A stretch of 64,000 nucleotides of DNA, taken from positions 1 through 64,000 of the forward strand of contig CAZQNA010000004.1 in assembly GCA_964594835.1 (NCBI GenBank), given 5' to 3'. Origin of the DNA: an uncultured Nitrososphaerota archaeon. Its GTDB lineage: Archaea > Korarchaeota > Korarchaeia > Korarchaeales > Korarchaeaceae. Below, one piece after another: positions 37,392 to 46,849 of the stretch. The stretch's first letter is position 1, and each line of letters begins with the position of its first letter. A program made the translations under genes and the position numbers. The notes beneath the pieces are model-generated. The model ran no database searches. It was not told the DNA's origin and was given only the letters and a program-made list of their open reading frames with translations.

Positions 37392-38553
37392 TCACCCTGA
37401 TCAACTCGCCGATCGGCGCGTCCGTCTTTATCGACTTCTTCTCACAGTGGGTGAGGCTGGCCCTGTATCCGAGGGATCTGAGGGCCTCGACCGTGGCCTT
37501 GGGGCTCGGGGATGGAAGTCTACTCCTGCTGGCAAGCGCGTCCAGGTCGTAGTAGAGGGGCGGGAGCCCGACCTCCCCCCGGATTGCCTCGATGATCTGC
37601 AGAGCCTCCCCCGATGAGTGGGCCCCCTCCCTGAGGATGGCGGCCACGGCTTCGACGACCTCCCCGTCCTGGAGATCCCCTACCCACATGGGCCCCATCC
37701 AGCTCAGTCTGGACCCACACTCCGGGCAGGATCCCCCCTCGGCCGGCGGCTCGCCAGCGTGCACAGACCTCCACCCGCACCTGGGACAGTAGGAGGTCCA
37801 CCCCAGCTCCCTGTCCAGGATCTCAGACGCCCTCAGGGCCCCCCTGTCGATCCGAAGGTACACCCTGGCGTAGTGCCTCGTGGCGTGAGCCAGCACCGGT
37901 CTGGCTGCCAGGTCGTAAACGGCCGCCACCCTGGCGGCGTAGGCGGCCAGGATCCTGAGGCCAGCCTCCTTGTGGAACTCGGCCTTGGTCCCCCTGGCGA
38001 AGTACACCCTGCGTAGCTTCCGGGGGTAGACCCCGTAGAGGACCGGCGTGTCGGTCGCGGTCAGCGCCAGGATGCCTCCGGGCCTCACGGCCCTCACGGC
38101 GGCCCAGAGGTAGGGGGAGGGCGTCCCGAACGGATCCACGTCCAGGTAGTCCACCCCACCCCCCTCCCTAAGGGCCAGCGAGGCGAGGTTCGCGTCCATC
38201 AGCCAGGCGTCGACCGATGACTCCAGCCCGTTTCTCCTGATCCCCATCCTTATCGCGTGGTACGCCAGGGGGTTTCTGTCGTTGGCCACCACCGTTGCCC
38301 CGGCCTCGGCCGCCAGCCTGAGCGCCCTGACGCCTGATGCTGCCATCACGTCCGCGGCCCTCACGCCCTCCCCGAGCCAGGAGGCCACGGCGACCGCCAC
38401 GTCCCTGTTCGACCTCATGTGCGGGTTGTAGAACACCCTCGCCTTCGTGTACGCGAGCCCGAGCCTCTCCAGCTCGTCGAGGTCCGAGGCGTAGAACCTG
38501 ACGGCCCCCTCCTCGTACTCCCTGAGCGAAACGGTTATTCTCCTCGGCCTCAC
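37363..38553 (-). CDS. trm1: tRNA (guanine26-N2)-dimethyltransferase
   Basis: VFYNPHM..NRD, ASGVRALR, DVDPFGTP, TATD, CPRC/CPEC zinc site. Confidence 0.95.
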   Translation of the reverse strand: MRPRRITVSLREYEEGAVRFYASDLDELERLGLAYTKARVFYNPHMRSNRDVAVAVASWLGEGVRAADVMAASGVRALRLAAEAGATVVANDRNPLAYHAIRMGIRRNGLESSVDAWLMDANLASLALREGGGVDYLDVDPFGTPSPYLWAAVRAVRPGGILALTATDTPVLYGVYPRKLRRVYFARGTKAEFHKEAGLRILAAYAARVAAVYDLAARPVLAHATRHYARVYLRIDRGALRASEILDRELGWTSYCPRCGWRSVHAGEPPAEGGSCPECGSRLSWMGPMWVGDLQDGEVVEAVAAILREGAHSSGEALQIIEAIRGEVGLPPLYYDLDALASRSRLPSPSPKATVEALRSLGYRASLTHCEKKSIKTDAPIGELIRVIRDLAGGAR

Positions 38554-38571
38554 CGGCGTCCAGGGGGGCCG

Positions 38572-39141
38572 GTGGCAGTAAAAAACTTCATTCTGAGGGG
38601 TAGACCGGGTTCTGGAAAGTCTACGGCCGTCGACATCGTGAGAAAGATCCTGGGAGAGGCCGGGCTTGCCGTGGCCGGGATCGTCACCCCCGAGTTGAGG
38701 GAGGGGGGCTCGAGGGTCGGATTCGAGGTGGTGGACGTGACCACCGGGAGGAGGTCGACCTTCGCGAGGGTGGGGATGCCCTCGAGCCTCCGGGTCTCAA
38801 AGTACGGGGTCTCGGTTGAGCTGTTCGATCGGGTGGCCGTGCCGGCGCTGGAGTCGGCCCTGGGGGCTGACGTGGCGATAGTGGACGAGATAGGGAAGAT
38901 GGAGCTCTTCAGCGAACGCTTCAGGTCTCTCGTCGTCAGGCTGATGGACTCGAGCGTCCCCGTGGTTGGGACGGCGCCCTTCTACGACCTCCCGTTCCTC
39001 CGCGAGATACTCCAGAGGAGTGACGTCAGGATCGTGTGGGTGAGGCGCGGTCAGGCCGGGGAAGTGGCCCGCTCCCTGGCCGAAGAGGTGCTGAGGATAG
39101 TTCGGGGGAGGTCTGGCCCAGCCTCTGGCCTCACTTCCTGA
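38572..39141 (+). CDS. THEP1-type nucleoside triphosphatase
   Basis: GRPGSGKST, RVGF, KYGV, DEIGKME. Confidence 0.92.
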   Translation: MAVKNFILRGRPGSGKSTAVDIVRKILGEAGLAVAGIVTPELREGGSRVGFEVVDVTTGRRSTFARVGMPSSLRVSKYGVSVELFDRVAVPALESALGADVAIVDEIGKMELFSERFRSLVVRLMDSSVPVVGTAPFYDLPFLREILQRSDVRIVWVRRGQAGEVARSLAEEVLRIVRGRSGPASGLTS

Positions 39142-39823
39142 CCACTATCATGGCGTGCTTCGGGTCGAAGGGGGAGAGGTCCACCCTCTCCAAGACCTTC
39201 ATCCCGCCCCTGGAGAGCCTATCCTCCACGAGCCGGTAGACCCTCTTCGGGGGGAGCGTCACGTCGATGCTGCTCGCCTTGACGGCTATCATGGCGTACC
39301 CTCCTCTCCTGAGGTACGCGTCGGCGTTCTTGAGCAGGATCTCGGCCTGGTCCGGCTGGGCGACGTCGACGTACAGGAGGTCGACCATCTCGACCACGTG
39401 GGCGTACTCCTCAGGCCTCCTTGCGGACGCCAGGATGGGCACTATGTTCCGCCTGGCCTCCGCCACCGGCAGGAGTTCTCTCAGTACCCTCTGGGAGATC
39501 TCAACCCCGTAGATTATCCCCCTCTCCCCGACTATGTCGCTGAAGTGGGAGGCCGTCGTCCCCGAGGCTATCCCGAGGTAGAGCACGCGACTCCCCGGCT
39601 TCAGTGGGAAGTTCCTGAGCCCGTTCAGGATCGCCGCGGCCGGCTTCGACCTCCTCGGGGGCCAGATCCTGTACTCCCTCCCGTCGACCACGACGCTCGT
39701 CTCGTCGTAGCTCTTGAAGCCTGGAACGAGGTTCTCCGTCGCCAGGTTTCTCCTGCGGCCGTCTTGGATCCAGAAGACTCCCTTGAAGCCCTTGTGAGGG
39801 ACTGCCCTAGGTCCCCTAGTCAT
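39131..39823 (-). CDS. flpA: fibrillarin 2'-O-methyltransferase
   Basis: VLYLGIASGTT, DVAQPDQA, IKA/VKASSIDV. Confidence 0.97.
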   Translation of the reverse strand: MTRGPRAVPHKGFKGVFWIQDGRRRNLATENLVPGFKSYDETSVVVDGREYRIWPPRRSKPAAAILNGLRNFPLKPGSRVLYLGIASGTTASHFSDIVGERGIIYGVEISQRVLRELLPVAEARRNIVPILASARRPEEYAHVVEMVDLLYVDVAQPDQAEILLKNADAYLRRGGYAMIAVKASSIDVTLPPKRVYRLVEDRLSRGGMKVLERVDLSPFDPKHAMIVVRK

Positions 39824-40968
39824 CTCCTACCACCCCTCAGCTCGGCGAGCCTGCGGTCGACCTCGGCCCTCAGCCTGTCGCCTATGAACCTCCCGCCGCC
39901 GAAGGCGTCCACCCTGGCGGCGATCGCTATCTTGGAGGCTAGGATCCTCGCTATCTTCCCCCTAAGCTTCTTGGGGGCGGTCCTCACCTCCTTGGCCTGG
40001 AACAGGACGCCGTGCTTTGGCGGCTTCGTCCCCCTGGTCAGGTGGAGGAATATGGCCTTCTGGGCGCCGAGGATCTGTATCGAGCTGGCGGGCAGGGAGG
40101 CCAGGCGCCTCAGACCGCCTGCGATCGCTATCAGCCTTGCCCCCACGAGTGGAGACACCACGGCCGAGAGGTTCGGCGCGGCCTGGCGCATCAGGTCCTC
40201 TATGTAGCCCTCGACCTGCTCCCTGGTCTCGTAGAGCTTCACCCACCTCCTCGCCACCGCGGCCACGATCCTGAGGTCCTCCTCGGGGAGATCCGCTCCG
40301 ATGGAGTTTCTCGCGGCCTCGGCGACCTTCTCCGCCAGGCTCCTGTCCAGCCCGAGCCTCCTGAGCGCCTCCTCGGTGATCCTCTCCCTCAGCGTGAGCT
40401 CCGACGCTATCATCGCGTAGGCGTAGTGGTCCTCCACGAGGGAATCGAGCTCCGGAAAGTAGATGGAGTACCACTCCCTAATGGCGGGTATGAGCACGTT
40501 GAGGGACTTGTTCAGGTGGTCCACGTAGTCTATGGCCCTGATTATGAGGTTGTCCCTCTGGGAGAGTTCGTCCCTGATACGCCTCCTGCTTACCTCCACA
40601 CCCACCTCGGTGAGGTAGGAGTTGTACTCACGCCTCTCCCCCGGAAAGCCCATCTCCTTGGCGTACTGAAGGGACCTCTCCCTCACGATCCTTGCGGCCG
40701 GGGAGTTGAGGTCGACGACCACTCGCCTCCCGTAGCCCAGCGAGGAGGCTAGCCCCGGGGAGGTGACCACCACCTCCTCGACCCCGTCTCCCATGCCCTC
40801 AAGGGCGTTCCTAACCTCCTCCACCTGCGGGAACGGCTTCCCCCTGCTCAGGAGATACAGCGCCTCCCCGGCCTCCCTGGCGGAGGAGAAGACTGAGTAG
40901 AAGAGGGTGTTTCCATCATCGTCCAGCAGAAGGACCCCGAACGGGTGGGCGATCACGTGGACCCTCAA
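39820..40968 (-). CDS. nop5: box C/D RNP protein Nop5
   Basis: REWYSIYFPEL, APNL, PASSIQILGA, PKHG, RGKIAR. Confidence 0.96.
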   Translation of the reverse strand: MRVHVIAHPFGVLLLDDDGNTLFYSVFSSAREAGEALYLLSRGKPFPQVEEVRNALEGMGDGVEEVVVTSPGLASSLGYGRRVVVDLNSPAARIVRERSLQYAKEMGFPGERREYNSYLTEVGVEVSRRRIRDELSQRDNLIIRAIDYVDHLNKSLNVLIPAIREWYSIYFPELDSLVEDHYAYAMIASELTLRERITEEALRRLGLDRSLAEKVAEAARNSIGADLPEEDLRIVAAVARRWVKLYETREQVEGYIEDLMRQAAPNLSAVVSPLVGARLIAIAGGLRRLASLPASSIQILGAQKAIFLHLTRGTKPPKHGVLFQAKEVRTAPKKLRGKIARILASKIAIAARVDAFGGGRFIGDRLRAEVDRRLAELRGGRR

Positions 40969-40990
40969 GAGAACCGCCCGGCCCCGCTAC

Positions 40991-41158
40991 TCAGAAGGGG
41001 TTCTGACCGGGCTTCCTACCGAGGATGTACCTCTTCCTGTAGAGGGACTTCATCCTGACTCTGGGAACTGGAGACCTCCGCGGCCTCGCCTCAACCTTGG
41101 GAGTGAGAGAGCGCACCTTACCAGCCTTGTTGAGCGCTCCGTGAGTACCTCTAGGCAT
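40991..41158 (-). CDS. rps30e: 30S ribosomal protein S30e (55 aa; not in ORF track)
   Basis: MPRGTHGALNKAGKVRSLTPKVEARPRRSPVPRVR...YRKRY. Confidence 0.93.
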   Translation of the reverse strand: MPRGTHGALNKAGKVRSLTPKVEARPRRSPVPRVRMKSLYRKRYILGRKPGQNPF

Positions 41159-41196
41159 TCACATCCCTCCCGATGGTTTCTCCGCTCCGTCCTATT

Positions 41197-43245
41197 TTAA
41201 TGTGACGCGTTCTCCTCGCTGAGGAGGCTCTTCCTATACTCCCAGAGTATGCTGAGGATGTCGCCGCCCTCTCTCTCCCCAGATCCTTCCTCCTCCTCGG
41301 CGGGCTCCTCCTGGGGCCTCCTCTTGGCCGCCACCTTCAGGAGAAACTCCTCTCTGACGTGGGGCACCGCCCCCCTCCAGCGTATCCCGACGGAATCCGC
41401 GTCTTCGACGGTTATCCCCTCCTCCTCCATGGATGAGAGCACCTCTGGCGGCGGTGGCGATCCCATGTAGATCACGGCCCACACTCCCGCGTCCTTCAGC
41501 AGCTTCACCGACCTTGGCCCCGCGCTTGAGGCGTCCCCGACTAGCACCACGTCGCCCTCGGCTATGGCGCCCCCCGCCAGTGCCTCCTCGAGGGCCGAGC
41601 GGGACAGGCTCTCCACGGCCTTTATCGGGACCCAGCCGGGACCCAGCTCCTCGACGACCTCCCCCCTCAGCGAGCGGAGCTCGGCCCTCAGGGAGTCTAT
41701 GACTGCGTCCCTCCTTCCGACCTCGGCCTCGAGCAGGCGGATCCTCTCTCTGAGATGTGAGACCAGTCTGTCTCTCTCGAGTTCTCTCTTCTTCCTTCGC
41801 TTTATCCTGTCTAGCTCCTCCATGAGCCTGGTGACCTCCCTCTCGAGCTCTTCGACCCTCCCCCTGTAGTAGTCCAGCTCCTCCTCGAGGGACCTGATCT
41901 TCTCCGCCTTGGACCTGAGGATCCTCCTGAGTTCTATGATCTCCCTCTGCTTGGCCTTCAGGGACTCGACCTGTTCCTCCTGCTCCGCCTCCTCTCTCTC
42001 CCAGATCCTCGCCCCCTCTATGGCCTCCACTATCGAGGCCCCCCTCGTCAGGAGTTCGTACAGGCGGGTCCGGTCCACCAGCCCGGCGCCCCCCTCCATC
42101 TCCCTGAGGTGTCCCTCCGCCTTCTCAAAGAGCACCTTCATCCTCTGATAGACCTTGATGAGCGGCGCCAGGGCGTCCCTCTCGTGGGACGTGCTCACGG
42201 AGATTCCCTGCCTCTCCTCGAACTCTCTGACAATCCTTATCTTGTCCTCGATCTTCATGTGCTCGTTCAGAGCCATCAGCCTGGCCCCAAACGCCTGGGC
42301 TATCTTGACGACGTTCTTTGGGGGTGGAGACACGTCCGTCGTGATGAGGACCGGTCGGCCGTACTGCGCCAGGGTCTCTATGACCTCCGACCTGGAGGCC
42401 CTCCTCATGGTCTCGAGTCCCAGTATCCTCCCGTAGAGGTCCATGACGGCTATCCCTATGGACATCCCCGGGTCGATGCCGACCATTATGGGGCGCGGCC
42501 TCCTGCCGAGCTCCGTCCTCGTGAACTCTATCCTCTTCTTCCAGGAGGGGTCTATCTGAACCTTGACCGGACCCCACTCGTGCTCCCGGACCACGGACAG
42601 AATCCGCTCCCGGGGGGCGTAGACTATGAACTCGGCCCTCTTGAGGCCACCGGGGCCCCTCTCCACGTAGAGGTCGTAGTCTATCCCGGCCCTGTCGAAC
42701 TCGGCCGACACCCTGTTGGCCTCGCTGAGGATGGCGGCCTCTATGAACCTCTTCCACCTGGCGCTGCCCGATCCCCCCTGCCTGACGCTCCTGTTCTTCG
42801 ATATCACGACCCGGTACTCGGGGTTGAAGGCCACGACCTCTGAGCCGTACCCAAGTGCCGCCAACTCTGCTATGAGCTTCGCGCTCTCCAGGGAACCCGG
42901 CTTCCCCTCGACGCTGATTCCAGCATCTCTCGCAAGCTTTCTGAGGGAGACCCCCTCTCCCGGGGGCCCCGTGACCTGAATTATCTTGACCTCCTCGGGT
43001 ATCGAGGATATCAGGCCCTTCAGGGACCTTGAGTCGCCAGCAAGCTCGAATATGTTGTCCACCGCGAGGTACCCCCTTCCCATCTGCCTGACCAGCCTGA
43101 GCAACTCCGCGAGGGTGACCCCGTCGAAGAGCCTCGGCTCCTCGTCCTCGGACAGCAGACAGGCCGAGTACTTCGGCGCCGCCTTTCCCCTGGGGGAGCC
43201 CGCCTTGATGTCCACCCCCAGGACCGGGACCCTCAGGTACCTCAA
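41197..43245 (-). CDS. DUF460 / COG2433 protein (RNase H-like domains plus coiled coil)
   Basis: GVDI, AVDNIFEL, GIDPG, HERDALA, long coiled coil; start TTG 43245. Confidence 0.88.
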   Translation of the reverse strand: MRYLRVPVLGVDIKAGSPRGKAAPKYSACLLSEDEEPRLFDGVTLAELLRLVRQMGRGYLAVDNIFELAGDSRSLKGLISSIPEEVKIIQVTGPPGEGVSLRKLARDAGISVEGKPGSLESAKLIAELAALGYGSEVVAFNPEYRVVISKNRSVRQGGSGSARWKRFIEAAILSEANRVSAEFDRAGIDYDLYVERGPGGLKRAEFIVYAPRERILSVVREHEWGPVKVQIDPSWKKRIEFTRTELGRRPRPIMVGIDPGMSIGIAVMDLYGRILGLETMRRASRSEVIETLAQYGRPVLITTDVSPPPKNVVKIAQAFGARLMALNEHMKIEDKIRIVREFEERQGISVSTSHERDALAPLIKVYQRMKVLFEKAEGHLREMEGGAGLVDRTRLYELLTRGASIVEAIEGARIWEREEAEQEEQVESLKAKQREIIELRRILRSKAEKIRSLEEELDYYRGRVEELEREVTRLMEELDRIKRRKKRELERDRLVSHLRERIRLLEAEVGRRDAVIDSLRAELRSLRGEVVEELGPGWVPIKAVESLSRSALEEALAGGAIAEGDVVLVGDASSAGPRSVKLLKDAGVWAVIYMGSPPPPEVLSSMEEEGITVEDADSVGIRWRGAVPHVREEFLLKVAAKRRPQEEPAEEEEGSGEREGGDILSILWEYRKSLLSEENASH

Positions 43246-43315
43246 CAGGGGGCGACCCGCTCCTCGATCCCGCCTCTGGCGTTTTAAAGGTTCGGCGGTG
43301 GGAGGCTGCGTAATC

Positions 43316-44611
43316 ATGGGTTCCGCCCGCGCGGCGTCGGCGCTGCTGGCCCTCCTAGCGCTGGCCTCCATCCCAGCGTCCGCCGCGCAGCCGGAGGCGT
43401 CCTTCCAGGTGCAGGTCTCCAGCCCCTGCTACGTGGGGCTGCCGTGCAGGGTAAGGGTGAACCTGACCTCCGCCCCCCCGGGGGTCGCGATAGTAGGGCT
43501 CCGACTCTCACTCCCCTGGGGGCTTGTCAACCTTCTGCCCCTGGAGATCTCTCCCGGGATCCTGGAGACCTCTTTCACCCCCCCGAGGGATGTCCAGCCT
43601 GGGGTCTACTACGCCCTCCCCCAGCTCGTGGGTCGAGAGGGCGGCACGGGGAGGCTCGTGGTTTTCACCGGGACGCTCACCGTGGTGAGATTGAGCGAGC
43701 CCGACCTCATCGTAAAGATCGGCCTGCAGGTGGGTGACATTCCCCTAGAGCCCGGGAGGCCCGCCAGGGTCAACGTGACCTATCTGGTCCTGAACCTACC
43801 TCAGGGCGTCACGCCCAGGCTCGATATCCTCGTGAACGGGAGTGGAGTATACTCCTCACCCCTCGCGGAGTCCTCGGGCGAGGTCTTCACCTCTCTGGTT
43901 ACCCCCTCGGGGGCTAGGGCTCTTCACGTGATGGCGAGGATCTCGATCGGGCTTCACTCCTTCGAGAACTCTACCATAGCGCCGATCTCCCCCGAGAGAC
44001 CGCCCATCAACGTTGGAGAGGCCATGGTGCTCATCGAGGCCGCCAACCAGTCCCTGATGCAGGTTCAGCTCCTCCTCGGGAGGGCAGCCTCCCAGGGCAT
44101 CCCGGTGTTCGAGGTCGGTGCGGCGGATCTGCTGGCCTCCGCCGACTACCTCTTATACGAGGCCAGGAGGGAGGTTGACAGGGGAAACGCCAGCGCGGCC
44201 GGCCTCGCGGCCCTCGCGTTCAACCTCACCCAGGAGGCCCTGGAGAGGATATCCGAGGCCTACGTCTCCACGGCCAGGTCCAGGTTGGCCGAGATCAACT
44301 CGACCCTAGTCCAGCTGAGGGACCTCGGCTCTTCTGAGGATCTGCTGGAGGCGGCCGAGGGAAAGATCCGGGAGGCCTTCAACCTGACAGAGGAGATGGC
44401 CGGGGCCGACCCGTCCAGCCTGCCCGACCTCTACGACAGGTTGGGAGAACTCCTCTCAGAGGCCTCCTCAGCCCTGTCGCGGGCTGAGGAGCGTAGGAGG
44501 GCCATGGTCTCTAGGCTGACCGCCCTCGCAATCGCTCTGAGCGCCGCCCTCCCCCTCTTCTACAGCTACGCGGCGCTCAGAGCCTGGAGGCGGCTTCTGA
44601 CCCTCGGATGA
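43316..44611 (+). CDS. secreted, C-terminally anchored hypothetical protein
   Basis: Signal peptide ending ASA-AQ, beta-rich N-terminal half, helical C-terminal half, many NxS/T, terminal TM plus WRR. Confidence 0.75.
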   Translation: MGSARAASALLALLALASIPASAAQPEASFQVQVSSPCYVGLPCRVRVNLTSAPPGVAIVGLRLSLPWGLVNLLPLEISPGILETSFTPPRDVQPGVYYALPQLVGREGGTGRLVVFTGTLTVVRLSEPDLIVKIGLQVGDIPLEPGRPARVNVTYLVLNLPQGVTPRLDILVNGSGVYSSPLAESSGEVFTSLVTPSGARALHVMARISIGLHSFENSTIAPISPERPPINVGEAMVLIEAANQSLMQVQLLLGRAASQGIPVFEVGAADLLASADYLLYEARREVDRGNASAAGLAALAFNLTQEALERISEAYVSTARSRLAEINSTLVQLRDLGSSEDLLEAAEGKIREAFNLTEEMAGADPSSLPDLYDRLGELLSEASSALSRAEERRRAMVSRLTALAIALSAALPLFYSYAALRAWRRLLTLG

Positions 44612-44613
44612 CC

Positions 44614-44853
44614 TCACTCCTCAACTGTGATGAACAGCACGTTGTTTCCCCTTATGAAGAGCGTCCCGACGCTCCTCTTGACCTCCTTGCTGTGGGGGTC
44701 CCTCTCCTTGGCCGAGTCCAGCACCAGGTTCATCATGTCGTCAAAGCTGCGGAGCCGCCCGGCGATCTCTATGCCGTTCTTCAGGCGAACGACTATCTCC
44801 CCGCCGTAGGCCGCCTTTAGGTAGGACAGGGGGGACTGCTGACCCTTCTGCAT
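44614..44853 (-). CDS. Sm-like archaeal protein (SmAP)
   Basis: VRLKNG..GRLRSFDDMMNLVL, FIRGNNV. Confidence 0.93.
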   Translation of the reverse strand: MQKGQQSPLSYLKAAYGGEIVVRLKNGIEIAGRLRSFDDMMNLVLDSAKERDPHSKEVKRSVGTLFIRGNNVLFITVEE

Positions 44854-44929
44854 TCCATACCACCGTTCCCAATCTCTGGGTAGAGAGAAGGGGGAGTTCC
44901 CGGGAATAAATAGGTTCCTACCCTCCAGC

Positions 44930-45571
44930 TCACCTTGAGCTGAGGGCGATCCTCTCGATCTCCTCCTTCCTCCTGATTGCGTGGCTCCTCGTCCTGTCAT
45001 ACTCGGCCGCCGCTATTATCTCCTCCGCGAGAGCCTCGGCCAGGGACATGGGACTCCTGAAGGCCCTGATTGCCGCCCCTTGGGCTATGTTCCTGAGGGC
45101 CAGGTCCACCATACGCGTGGGGGACGTGTCGACCGCGTGGAAGTAGGTGACTCCGCCGTACATTATGCGGGTCACCTCCTCTCTTATGGCCGCGTTCTCT
45201 ATGGCCTTCAGGAGGACCTTGACCGGGTTCTCCCCCGTCCTGAGCTCTATGATCTCAAAGGCGTACTTGACGGTCCGAAGGGCCTTGAGCTTCTTGCCCT
45301 GGTTCCTGCTGTTCACGTGGTCTTTCTTCACGCCCGCGTTCTTCGCCTGCATCATCAGCCTGTTGACGAGCCTCTCGACGATCATGACCTCCAGCTTCCC
45401 GAAGGGCCTGTGCTCGTGCCTCCCGCCCGAGTGGGGCAGGTACACCGGCCTTATGGAGATCACTCCCCTCAGGGCGGGGTTCTCAACCTCCACGCCGTCG
45501 AGGGTCCACCTTCCAAACAGCTTGATCTCGGGCCCCTGCCGAGCCTCCTCGGACCTCTCCTCCTCGCTCAA
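44930..45571 (-). CDS. rps7: 30S ribosomal protein S7
   Basis: [28 protein letters not shown]. Confidence 0.97.
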   Translation of the reverse strand: MSEEERSEEARQGPEIKLFGRWTLDGVEVENPALRGVISIRPVYLPHSGGRHEHRPFGKLEVMIVERLVNRLMMQAKNAGVKKDHVNSRNQGKKLKALRTVKYAFEIIELRTGENPVKVLLKAIENAAIREEVTRIMYGGVTYFHAVDTSPTRMVDLALRNIAQGAAIRAFRSPMSLAEALAEEIIAAAEYDRTRSHAIRRKEEIERIALSSR

Positions 45572-45577
45572 CGGACT

Positions 45578-46018
45578 TCACCTCGTGGGCTTCTCCTTCT
45601 TTCCGGTCAAGATGGCCTGGAGGGAGACGTTGTTCACCTTGATGACCTTGTACCTGACGCCGGGGATGTCGCCGTAGCTCCTCCCCCTGGATCCCCCTAT
45701 CCCCTCTATTATGACCTCGTCGTGCTCGTCGATCACGTTCAGCGCGCCGTCTCCCGGGGCGAAGGCCGTCACGACTATGCCGTTCTTGGCCAGCTGGACC
45801 CTGACCGCCTTCCTGAGCCCGGAGTGCGGCTGCCTGGCCTCGAGCCCGACCTTCTCTATCACGATCCCCCTGGCCATCGGCGCGCCCTCGAGCGGATCGA
45901 ACCGCTCCTTGAGCCTGAGGACCCTCCTCCGGTACTTCCAGTCGTGCCACCTCTTCTCCTTGTACTTCTCCCTGAGGGTCCTGGCGGCGTAAAGCCCGAT
46001 CGGAGATTTCTTTCCCAT
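45578..46018 (-). CDS. rps12: 30S ribosomal protein S12
   Basis: [28 protein letters not shown]. Confidence 0.97.
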   Translation of the reverse strand: MGKKSPIGLYAARTLREKYKEKRWHDWKYRRRVLRLKERFDPLEGAPMARGIVIEKVGLEARQPHSGLRKAVRVQLAKNGIVVTAFAPGDGALNVIDEHDEVIIEGIGGSRGRSYGDIPGVRYKVIKVNNVSLQAILTGKKEKPTR

Positions 46019-46073
46019 CCTCAGATCCCCTCTCAAGCCCGCTTATCTCTACTCCTCGGCGAGGGAGTCTCGC

Positions 46074-46538
46074 TCAGGCTATTTTAACGTTATCTATCCC
46101 CATCCAGCGCTTCGCCAGCATCCTCGCCCGCCTTATCCGCCTCCCCCCCGACCCTATGGCCACGCTCTTGTCCTCCTCGGGCACCCTGACTATCGCCACC
46201 CTCGACTGCCCCCTCCTCACTATCCTGACGGAGCTGACCCTGGCCGGGCTGAGGAGGTTCTTGATGAACCTCACCGGATCGTCGCTGTACTCGACGACCT
46301 CTATGTCCTTCTTCAGGTCCCTCCAGAGCATCCTCCTCATCGCCTTCAGCTTGGACCCGTCCCTGCCCACGGCCATCCCAAGGTTCCCCGGGGAGACGAC
46401 GAAGATCAGCCTGTTCTCCTCCGGATCCTCCACGACGTCTATGGCGGGGACCCCGAGCATGGTCTGGAAGAGCTGGAGGTACCTAACCTGCTGCTCCGTC
46501 AGGACAACCTTGCCGGGGCCCCCGGCCCTCCCGCTCAA
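46074..46538 (-). CDS. nusA: archaeal NusA (KH domains)
   Basis: GMAVGRDG, VEYSDD, AIGSGG; position in the rpo operon. Confidence 0.93.
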   Translation of the reverse strand: MSGRAGGPGKVVLTEQQVRYLQLFQTMLGVPAIDVVEDPEENRLIFVVSPGNLGMAVGRDGSKLKAMRRMLWRDLKKDIEVVEYSDDPVRFIKNLLSPARVSSVRIVRRGQSRVAIVRVPEEDKSVAIGSGGRRIRRARMLAKRWMGIDNVKIA

Positions 46539-46849
46539 GTGGATACCACCTCAAGGATGGAGGACTCGCCCTCCTCCATTATCGCGGCGGCCGACACGAA
46601 GAAGGGCTTTCTCATGGCCCTGCCCAGGCTGAGACTCCCTCCCTCGTGGAAGATCACCGGTACTCCAGCCATCTGAGCCAGGTACTCGATCTCCCTTTTG
46701 ACCGCCTCTGGGGCGTTCCTCGCCAGGACTATGAGCTTCGGCCTCTCGGTCCCAGTCTTCAAGAGCCTCGCGACCTTCTTTGCCCCTATCAAGACCTTCC
46801 CAGTGGAGTACGCGAGCCAGATCTCCTTGTCCAGTTCGGGCACGATCAC
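46535..46849 (-). CDS. rpl30e: 50S ribosomal protein L30e
   Basis: TGKVLIG, ARNAP, LGRAMRKPF, GESSIL. Confidence 0.95.
   Translation of the reverse strand: MIVPELDKEIWLAYSTGKVLIGAKKVARLLKTGTERPKLIVLARNAPEAVKREIEYLAQMAGVPVIFHEGGSLSLGRAMRKPFFVSAAAIMEEGESSILEVVST

Noticed and set aside
37237-37617. Track ORFs 37237..37617 and 37247..37552
   Set aside because: Mostly antisense to trm1 and motif-free; the third frame (37212-37391) carries the four-Cys motif
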